A stretch of DNA of 32,000 nucleotides from Candidatus Arthromitus sp. SFB-mouse-Japan. Its GTDB lineage: Bacteria > Bacillota > Clostridia > Clostridiales > Clostridiaceae. The notes beneath the pieces were generated by a model, which saw only the letters and a list, made by a program, of their open reading frames with translations, ran no database searches and was not told the origin of the DNA. The translations under genes were made by a program, and so were the position numbers. This document shows positions 25,525 through 32,000 of the stretch, piece by piece; positions within the stretch are counted from its first letter, which is position 1; each line of letters opens with the position of its first letter. Where the stretch lies: contig NC_015913.1 of the NCBI RefSeq assembly GCF_000270205.1, forward strand, positions 900,001 through 932,000. Reading direction: 5' to 3'.

Positions 25525-27690
25525 CTAATTACTATTTGTATTCGGTCTAAAGACGTTAAATACTCCCTTAACCCCTCTTAAAGAAGCAATTAATTTGTCA
25601 AGTTTTTCTCTAGAATCAATATTAATCCTAATATCTGCCTTAGATATTTCGGAATCTACTTCTCTAAAATTAATACTTTTAATATATACATTAAAACTCT
25701 TAACAACTTTTGAAATGTCTTCAATTATAAATGATGTTACATTTCTAAAAGTCACACAAATATCTACATCATATTTTCTATTATTAATATAATACCACTC
25801 TATATTTATAATTCTTTCTTTATCTGAACATTTAATTGCATTTTGACAATCTTTTCTGTGTACAGTTATTCCCTTACCTCTAGTTATAAATCCAACTATA
25901 TCATCTCCACAAACTGGAGTACAACATTTAGCAAATTTAGTTAATAAATTACTTTGCCCCTCTATTAATACTTCATTTTTATAACTAGATTTAGGTGAAG
26001 TATGGTGCTGCTTATATTCTATGTTAGAGTAATCTTTTTTATCAGTTTTCTTGTCGATGAAATTTTCTGATGACAAATCAGTTATCTTAGATAAAACAGT
26101 ATGAAATGTTATATTCCCTGTTCCTAAACTAAAGTATAACTCATCTAAGTTAAATACAGATAGAGACTTTAGAAGTTTATTAATATATACATCATTTAAA
26201 CGTATAGACCTTTTCTTACATTCCTTTTCAAATAAATATTTACCTCTAGCTATATTGTCCTCCTTAGCTATTTTATTAAACCATTGACGTATTTTACTTT
26301 TAGCATGATTACTTTTAACAAACCCTAACCAATCTATACTAGGACCTTTCATTTGCTTAGAAGTAATAATCTCAACTATGTTTCCTGTTTCCAGTATATG
26401 ATCTAAAGTAACCATTTTTTTATTAACTCTAGCCCCTTCACACCTATACCCCACATCCGTATGAATTCTAAAAGCAAAATCTACAGGAGTAGATCCAATA
26501 GGCAAAGATATAACTTTCCCTTCAGGGGTAAAAACAAATATTTCTTGGAATATCAAATCTGTTTTAAAATTTTCCATAACTTCTGTAGGATTTTTTGTCT
26601 CAGTAAGCCACTCTACAACTTCTCTAATCCATACAAATTTTTCATCAAAACTATCCTTTGTATCTGTTTGCTCCTTATATTTAAAATGTGCCGCTATTCC
26701 TAATTCTGCAACTTTATGCATTTGTTTAGTCCTAATCTGTATTTCAAAAGGTTTCCCGCTTTTAGTAAGAACTGTTGTATGAAGCGATTGGTAATTATTC
26801 GACTTAGGCATTGCTATATAATCCTTAAACTTATTAGAAATCGGATTATACTTTTCATGTGCTAAACCTAAAGCTATATAACAATTCTTTATATTATCAA
26901 CAATAACTCTTATAGCTATCAAATCAAAAATTTCATCTATAGTTTTATTCTTCTGAATTAATTTTTTATATATACTATATAAATGTTTGGGCCTGCCTTC
27001 AATAATAGCATTTACATTAGATTCGCTTAAGACTTCTTTAAACTCCGTTATTATTTTATTAGTTAACTTTTCCCTATCATCCCTTTTTTCAGAAACCAAT
27101 TTAGCTATTTTATAATATTCATCTGGATTCAAATATCTAAAAGATAAATCTTCTAATTCCCATTTTATTTTGCTTATTCCTAATCTATGTGCTAAGGGTA
27201 CAAATATATTTAATGTTTCTTTAGACTTCTCCTGTTGTTTATGTTCAGATAAATATTTTAAAGTTCTCATATTATGAAGCCTATCAGCGAGTTTAATCAA
27301 AATAACCCTAATATCTTTTGTCATAGCCATTAACATTTTTCTAATATTCCCCGCTTGTGCTTCTTCTTTTGTCTTATAATTTATTTTATCTAATTTAGAA
27401 ACACCTTCAACCAGAATAGCAACCTCCTCACCAAAAGTTGTCGCTATATCTGAATATGTGAATTCAGTATCTTCAATAACATCATGTAAAAGTCCACCTA
27501 TTATAGTATTTACATCTAAATTCATTTCTGATAGAATATACGCAACTTCAAGAGGATGTACAATATAAGGCTCGCCATCTATTCTTTTTTGATTTATATG
27601 TGCATTAAAAGCAAAATTAAACGCTGTTATTATTGAATCTCTATTTTCACTGCTTAATCTACTTATTATAGATTCTAATTTCTGATACAT
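25525..27690 (-). CDS. relA: Bifunctional (p)ppGpp synthetase/hydrolase (RelA/SpoT homologue)
   Basis: HD domain (HPLEVAYIL...LLHDVIEDT), synthetase region (DLIAIRVIV, YQSLHTTV, EIQIRT), TGS (VFTPEGKVISLP) and a C-terminal ACT-like region. I place the start at the ATG at 27690, 5 nt after AAGGGGG; an upstream TTG at 27729 is the alternative. Confidence 0.95.
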   Translation of the reverse strand: MYQKLESIISRLSSENRDSIITAFNFAFNAHINQKRIDGEPYIVHPLEVAYILSEMNLDVNTIIGGLLHDVIEDTEFTYSDIATTFGEEVAILVEGVSKLDKINYKTKEEAQAGNIRKMLMAMTKDIRVILIKLADRLHNMRTLKYLSEHKQQEKSKETLNIFVPLAHRLGISKIKWELEDLSFRYLNPDEYYKIAKLVSEKRDDREKLTNKIITEFKEVLSESNVNAIIEGRPKHLYSIYKKLIQKNKTIDEIFDLIAIRVIVDNIKNCYIALGLAHEKYNPISNKFKDYIAMPKSNNYQSLHTTVLTKSGKPFEIQIRTKQMHKVAELGIAAHFKYKEQTDTKDSFDEKFVWIREVVEWLTETKNPTEVMENFKTDLIFQEIFVFTPEGKVISLPIGSTPVDFAFRIHTDVGYRCEGARVNKKMVTLDHILETGNIVEIITSKQMKGPSIDWLGFVKSNHAKSKIRQWFNKIAKEDNIARGKYLFEKECKKRSIRLNDVYINKLLKSLSVFNLDELYFSLGTGNITFHTVLSKITDLSSENFIDKKTDKKDYSNIEYKQHHTSPKSSYKNEVLIEGQSNLLTKFAKCCTPVCGDDIVGFITRGKGITVHRKDCQNAIKCSDKERIINIEWYYINNRKYDVDICVTFRNVTSFIIEDISKVVKSFNVYIKSINFREVDSEISKADIRINIDSREKLDKLIASLRGVKGVFNVFRPNTNSN

Positions 27691-27695
27691 AATAG

Positions 27696-27747
27696 CCCCC
27701 TTGAAAATATAGCAATTTAGGGAGATCAAATTCTATTGAAACTCCCT
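27696..27747 (-). promoter_or_regulatory. Candidate SD / anti-SD leader element upstream of relA
   Basis: The minus strand reads AGGGAG (27742-27747), 17 nt, CTCCCT (27719-27724), 17 nt, AGGGGG (27696-27701, the relA SD), CTATT, ATG. CUCCCU can pair with either G-rich hexamer. Confidence 0.35.
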
Positions 27748-27793
27748 GAAAATATGTATTAACTTATAAACACAAACAATATTTATTTAGACA

Positions 27794-27822
27794 ATTATAA
27801 TATATATACTACAGAATTACAA
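27794..27822 (-). promoter_or_regulatory. Candidate promoter for relA
   Basis: On the minus strand, TTGTAA (27817-27822), a 17-nt spacer, then TATAAT (27794-27799). It abuts the apt stop codon. The -35 is weak and the region AT-rich, so a chance match is possible. Confidence 0.35.
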
Positions 27823-28341
27823 CTATACATCATACTTTACAAATGAATGTACATTATATCCTTTTAATATATCCCTGCCACCAATCTTCTCCAACTCTAT
27901 GACAAAGTCTAACTCTACAACTTCTCCTCCAGCTTTTTCAACAAGTTCTGCCACAGCTTTAATTGTACCACCTGTTGCTAATAAATCATCAATTATAGCA
28001 ACTCTAGGATTATTCTTCAACGCATCTTTGTGCATCTCTAAGGTATCTTTCCCATATTCCAAGTCATAACTAACTCCTATAGTATCACCAGGTAGCTTAC
28101 CCTTTTTTCTTACAGGTACAAATCCTATTCCTAAAGCATACGCAACAGGTATTCCAAATATAAATCCTCTAGCTTCTGGAGCAACTATTAAGTCTATCTT
28201 CTTATCTTTTAAATTACTTACCATTAAATCTATAACATACCTAAATATCTTACCATCCTGTATAATGGTTGTTATATCCTTAAAGCTTATTCCTTTTTTA
28301 GGAAAATCTTCGATAATTCTTATACTTTCCTTCAAATCCAT
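27823..28341 (-). CDS. apt: Adenine phosphoribosyltransferase
   Basis: FKDITTI and the PRPP-binding [20 protein letters not shown] is present. The gene overlaps the upstream recJ-like gene by 10 nt. Confidence 0.96.
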   Translation of the reverse strand: MDLKESIRIIEDFPKKGISFKDITTIIQDGKIFRYVIDLMVSNLKDKKIDLIVAPEARGFIFGIPVAYALGIGFVPVRKKGKLPGDTIGVSYDLEYGKDTLEMHKDALKNNPRVAIIDDLLATGGTIKAVAELVEKAGGEVVELDFVIELEKIGGRDILKGYNVHSFVKYDV

Positions 28342-29171
28342 GATTTTTCCTCCAATTTACAATTTACCTCTTTAATTAGATACTTACAAATTTGATTAGC
28401 CTTTAGAGAATTTGATACTGTAAGCAATTCAACTATTAATCTAGCATTTGTAACTTTATTTTTATTTATATACTCGGGGTCAATAAAATTAATTAACTCG
28501 TTAATAGTTATATTATTAGAACTAATTTTAACTAACTCACGCAATCCATAATTCTTAGTATTTTTCAAAAAATACGATCCTTCTTTTAAAAGTTTATAAT
28601 TCTCACCATATACCTTAACATTGTCATTAAATAAACTTATAAAAACTAAATCCAAAAACTTAACCATACTTTTCAAATTATAAAATCTACTTATGCCCTC
28701 CAAAATTTTATAAGTTAAAGCTGGTAGTGTTAAATCCTTAAATGAATATACACAATCATCTGAATATGGGTTTATTAGTATATATTTTGAAGAATTTACT
28801 GTATCTTTCTCTTTATTGGAAATATTTATAATCTTTATAGGTGAATCTATTTCTATAATCTTATTTAATGAAAATACTATATCTACTCTCATAAGTTCGA
28901 TGTGTTCATTAAATCCATCTATATCAAACTCTTGATCATCATCATAAATATAATGATACACATTCAATTTCAAATACCTCAATGCTAACATCAAAATAGA
29001 TGTAGATAATACACCATCCAATGTTCCTGGAGCATAAATCAATATATTAGTATGCTTACTAATCACATCATCAATTATATCAATTACTTCTTTGATACCA
29101 TTAATTTCAAAAGGATTATAATTATCACCAATATATCCCTTTTCCAAAACAAGATTACGATAATCTACCAT
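28332..29171 (-). CDS. RecJ-like DHH-domain protein, truncated (no DHHA1 domain) with degenerate catalytic motifs
   Basis: It is collinear by eye with the B. subtilis RecJ N-terminal half. [43 protein letters not shown] aligns with DPFEMKGMKEAADRIKQAISQQEKIMIYGDYDADGVTSTSVM, and [23 protein letters not shown] aligns with LDLAAIGTIADLVPLHDENRLIA. The RecJ sequence is recalled from memory. Start at the ATG at 29171, 9 nt after GGAGG. It occupies the recJ slot between secF and apt. Confidence 0.7.
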   Translation of the reverse strand: MVDYRNLVLEKGYIGDNYNPFEINGIKEVIDIIDDVISKHTNILIYAPGTLDGVLSTSILMLALRYLKLNVYHYIYDDDQEFDIDGFNEHIELMRVDIVFSLNKIIEIDSPIKIINISNKEKDTVNSSKYILINPYSDDCVYSFKDLTLPALTYKILEGISRFYNLKSMVKFLDLVFISLFNDNVKVYGENYKLLKEGSYFLKNTKNYGLRELVKISSNNITINELINFIDPEYINKNKVTNARLIVELLTVSNSLKANQICKYLIKEVNCKLEEKSWI

Positions 29172-29208
29172 AAATATAATCCTCCAAATCATTAGAAAAA
29201 CAAATTTA

Positions 29209-29237
29209 ATTATAGTTTACAACGTTAATTTTTACAA
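29209..29237 (-). promoter_or_regulatory. Candidate promoter for recJ-like/apt
   Basis: On the minus strand, TTGTAA (29232-29237), a 17-nt spacer, then TATAAT (29209-29214), just downstream of the secF terminator. Confidence 0.45.
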
Positions 29238-29245
29238 TATATTTA

Positions 29246-29290
29246 ACAAAAATAATAGATAGATTAATTTATTAAAATAATCTATCTATG
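29246..29290 (-). terminator. Rho-independent terminator after secF
   Basis: Perfect 12-bp minus-strand stem ATAGATAGATTA (29278-29289) / TAATCTATCTAT (29255-29266) with an 11-nt loop, followed by TATTTTTG. Confidence 0.75.
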
Positions 29291-29299
29291 TTACAACAC

Positions 29300-30160
29300 T
29301 TATTTATTTAATTTATTATCTTTTTTAGAAGCTAACATCGACCACAATGGGGTAGCAATAAAAATAGATGAATATGTACCTGAAATTATTCCAATTAGTA
29401 TAGGAAATGAAAACTCTCTTACATTAGGCACAAAAATATAAACGCAAAGTATAATAATAATCGTTGTAATAGATGTGTTTATACATCTAACTAAACTTTG
29501 TTTTACACTTAAATCTGCAATATACCTATTTGATTTTCCCGAATGCAATTTCTTATTTTCTCTTATCCTATCAAATATAACTATGGTGTCATTAATTGAA
29601 TACCCAACTATTGTTAATATTGATGCTATAAATGGAGAATTTATAGGTACCATAAATATAGAATACGCACTTAATGTTATCAAAACATCATGTATTAATG
29701 CTACCACAGCAGCTATACCAAAATAAATTTCAAACCTAATAATTATGTATACAAGCATCACTATAGTTGCTATTAATAATGCTATTAATGCTCTTATAGT
29801 AAGTTCTTTACCAATAGATCCACTTATTTCTGTTTGAGATAATAATGCGGAATCTTCTAACGAATATTTATCTTTAAGTTCATTAAAAAAACTAGCTACC
29901 TCATCAGTTTCAAAATTCTTACCCCTCACTTCTATTTGAGTCCCATTCACTTTTTTCGAAACTGCATTTTGAGAATATTTCTTCAATATCTCATCTACTT
30001 CTAACTTATCAAATTCCTTACCAATATCTATTAATACCGTAGTTCCTCCAACAAAATCAATACCTATATTGATCCCTCTATAAAAAAATAGAGCAACCCC
30101 TATTAATATGGTAATTATAGATATAGAAAACCATACTTTATACTTTTTCGTTATGTTCAT
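29300..30160 (-). CDS. secF: Protein translocase subunit SecF
   Basis: GIDFVGGT, GYSINDTIVIFDRIREN and six predicted TM segments. SD GAAGGAG is present. The gene overlaps the secD end. Confidence 0.95.
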   Translation of the reverse strand: MNITKKYKVWFSISIITILIGVALFFYRGINIGIDFVGGTTVLIDIGKEFDKLEVDEILKKYSQNAVSKKVNGTQIEVRGKNFETDEVASFFNELKDKYSLEDSALLSQTEISGSIGKELTIRALIALLIATIVMLVYIIIRFEIYFGIAAVVALIHDVLITLSAYSIFMVPINSPFIASILTIVGYSINDTIVIFDRIRENKKLHSGKSNRYIADLSVKQSLVRCINTSITTIIIILCVYIFVPNVREFSFPILIGIISGTYSSIFIATPLWSMLASKKDNKLNK

Positions 30161-31442
30161 CTATAATCACTCCTTCACTTTTCTTATGTTCATTTTCATT
30201 AAATCCATAACTCCTTTTAGACCTTAATCCCATATTATAGAAAAGCTCAATCAAAAATCTAGTTATAACTATAGAACTAAACATACTTAGAACTATACCT
30301 ATTAATAAAGTTGTTGCAAAACCTTTTACACTACCTGTACCAATAAAATATAAGACTAGACCAGCTATTATAGTTGTAATATTAGAATCTAGGATAGAAT
30401 TCATAGCTTTATCAAAACCAATTTTGATAGATATTTTAACTGATTTTCCTTTTTTTAATTCTTCTCTTATCCTCTCAAATATCAAAATATTAGAATCAAT
30501 AGCCATTCCCAAAGTTAGTAATATACCCGCTATACCTGGCAATGTTAAAACAGCACCTATAAGTGCAAATACAAATAAAAATAAAATCATGTAAATTGCT
30601 AAAGAAAATACAGAAAGAATTCCGGGAAACCTATATCTAATAAACATAATAATTAATATGAAAATGAATCCTATTAAACCAGACTTTATTGTATTTGGGA
30701 GAGATTCTGCCCCCAACGTCGGACCAACCTTATTCACGGATATAGTCTTAAGTGTAACTGGCAATGCTCCTGATTGAATAATACTTGCAATTTTATTAGC
30801 CTCTTCGAAACTCATCGAACCTTCTATTATTGCTTCTCCATCAGTTATTTGAGTATTAACCACAGGTTTTGTTAATACTTGATCGTCCATGCTTATCTCT
30901 ATAGTTTTATTTATATTATTCCCTGTAGCTTCAGCAAATTTCTTTGTTCCTTCATCCGTGAATTTTAATTGTATTATTGCTTTCCCATCCTGCGTTAAAA
31001 CTGCAGTGGCATTTTTAACATCATTACCAGTAAGCAGTACATTTCCTTCTTCATTTTTAAAATTTAACTGACCTGTAGATGTAAGAGTTTTAACTATATC
31101 ATTAGAATCAAATTCGCCTGCAAGATCGATTCTTATACGATTACTCCCCTCTATAGTAACAACAGGTTCACTCAATCCAAATTTATTAACTCTTAAAGAT
31201 AATAACTCTCTAGTATTTTGAAGTGTTTCTTTAGTTATATTTTCATCAACTATCTCTTGTAAAACAGAAACTCCACCTTGAAGATCTAGTCCCTTTTGTA
31301 TAGAATCATTAAAATTTTTAAATTTGTATCCTGAAATTTCAAATCCTTTAAATCCCCAAAATGTACAAAATAAAAATAATAATAACACTAAAATAAAAAT
31401 AAATAGCGAGGATCCTTTCGAAGTAAGTTTATCTTTTTTCAC
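30138..31442 (-). CDS. secD: Protein translocase subunit SecD
   Basis: GLDLQGGV, GAESLP and GMAIDSNILIFERIREE. I place the start at the GTG at 31442, 6 nt after GAGGAGG; the tracked TTG start at 31457 lies inside the SD. Confidence 0.94.
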   Translation of the reverse strand: MKKDKLTSKGSSLFIFILVLLLFLFCTFWGFKGFEISGYKFKNFNDSIQKGLDLQGGVSVLQEIVDENITKETLQNTRELLSLRVNKFGLSEPVVTIEGSNRIRIDLAGEFDSNDIVKTLTSTGQLNFKNEEGNVLLTGNDVKNATAVLTQDGKAIIQLKFTDEGTKKFAEATGNNINKTIEISMDDQVLTKPVVNTQITDGEAIIEGSMSFEEANKIASIIQSGALPVTLKTISVNKVGPTLGAESLPNTIKSGLIGFIFILIIMFIRYRFPGILSVFSLAIYMILFLFVFALIGAVLTLPGIAGILLTLGMAIDSNILIFERIREELKKGKSVKISIKIGFDKAMNSILDSNITTIIAGLVLYFIGTGSVKGFATTLLIGIVLSMFSSIVITRFLIELFYNMGLRSKRSYGFNENEHKKSEGVIIDEHNEKV

Positions 31443-31486
31443 AATATACCTCCTCAAATAAACTTATCTCTATAGTAATAATTTTA

Positions 31487-32000
31487 TTAGTTAGTTACTT
31501 TTTCTTTAGATTTTTCATAGGCCTTCAATGCTATGGCCATTTCAATTCTTTTTTTCTGCAATGCACATCCTATCTTATATGGGCTTAATATTGAATTTGT
31601 AAATTCATGATTATTAGCCTGACAACCACCACTACAATAAAACCTTGCCCAACACTTATTACAATCTTCTTTTTTATATATGTTAGCATCTTTGAACTCA
31701 CTTACAATCTGTGGTTCTGTTATTTTATCCTTATATAAAGAATTAATATTTCCAATAATAAACTCTTTCTTGCCAACAAATTGATGACATGGATAAATAT
31801 CTCCACTTGGAGTAATAGCTATATATTCAAATCCAGCACCACATGCAGAAACTCTTTTATAAACACAAGGACCGCCTTGCAAATTTATATTATAATGATA
31901 AAAATTAACATTCTTACCTTTATCAATAGAGTCCCTTAAATATCTATAAATTTTATCATATTCATCATAAATTTGCTCTAAATCTTCAAAACGTATAGAT
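31487..32000 (-). CDS. Radical SAM/SPASM-domain peptide maturase, SCIFF-maturase (ScfB)-like; C-terminal part only, 5' end beyond the window
   Basis: The frame stays open from 31487 to the window edge; my translation continues upstream as ...SIRFEDLEQIYDEYDKIYRYLRDSIDKGKNVNFYHYNINLQGGPC. SPASM cysteines are visible: GPCx7CGAG, GDIYPCHQFVG, CNKCWARFYCSGGC (CX2CX5CX3C) and the trailing IGCALQKKRIE. Confidence 0.75.
   Translation of the reverse strand, partial: SIRFEDLEQIYDEYDKIYRYLRDSIDKGKNVNFYHYNINLQGGPCVYKRVSACGAGFEYIAITPSGDIYPCHQFVGKKEFIIGNINSLYKDKITEPQIVSEFKDANIYKKEDCNKCWARFYCSGGCQANNHEFTNSILSPYKIGCALQKKRIEMAIALKAYEKSKEKVTN

Noticed and set aside
27691-27729. N-terminal extensions in the ORF track: relA from TTG 27729, ruvX to 6625, ireB to 6986, recJ-like to 29192, secD to 31457, alaS to 9632, hisS to 24844, glyA to 21690, U32 to 1475, accA to 13286.
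   Set aside because: In each case the upstream start lies inside or directly against the Shine-Dalgarno sequence, or the extension runs through a promoter or terminator. A downstream ATG or GTG has proper SD spacing and gives a family-typical N-terminus. Only the relA TTG start remains a live alternative, discussed in the findings.

Overview
This is a very AT-rich (roughly 70% A+T by eye) chromosomal core region of a low-GC Gram-positive anaerobe. Firmicutes with a clostridial/Tissierellia-like organisation is my inference, from the gene order and the SCIFF-type radical SAM gene. All 31 protein genes I can support lie on the minus strand, are tightly packed or overlapping, and almost all have strong Shine-Dalgarno sites. 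Reading the minus strand from 32000 down to 1, the order is: radical SAM/SPASM peptide maturase (5' end cut by the window edge), secD, secF | degenerate recJ-like, apt, relA/spoT, MBL-fold hydrolase, hisS, aspS | glyA, fabH, fabD, fabG, fabF, accB, fabZ, accC, accD, accA | Rrf2 (IscR-like), nifS-type cysteine desulfurase, mnmA, alaS, ireB | ruvX, Fur-family regulator, RNase J, YlbF/YmcA-like | mltG | trmR-like O-methyltransferase, U32 peptidase (TrhP/YrrO-like) | start of a penicillin-binding protein. Bars mark intrinsic terminators I could read. The backbone matches the Bacillus subtilis yrv/yrr region (secDF-recJ-apt-relA-hisS-aspS ... cymR-yrvO-mnmA ... alaS-yrzL-yrrK ... yrrL-yrrM-yrrO-pbpI), with glyA and a nine-gene FASII/ACC cluster sitting between aspS and the Rrf2 operon. 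I found no tRNA, rRNA, CRISPR array, mobile element, defence island or long repeat. I do not see a convincing novel multi-gene system; this looks like ordinary housekeeping DNA. Five points deserve a second look. (1) An intact but truncated RecJ homologue with degenerate catalytic motifs occupies the canonical recJ slot. (2) The relA leader has a three-part SD/anti-SD arrangement. (3) A SCIFF-type RiPP maturase sits at the window edge, and its precursor gene would lie outside the window. (4) A terminator-like hairpin lies directly in front of ruvX. (5) RNase J carries a charged N-terminal extension and sits in an unusual fur-rnj-ylbF-like arrangement. All plus-strand ORFs in the supplied track look like antisense shadow ORFs.
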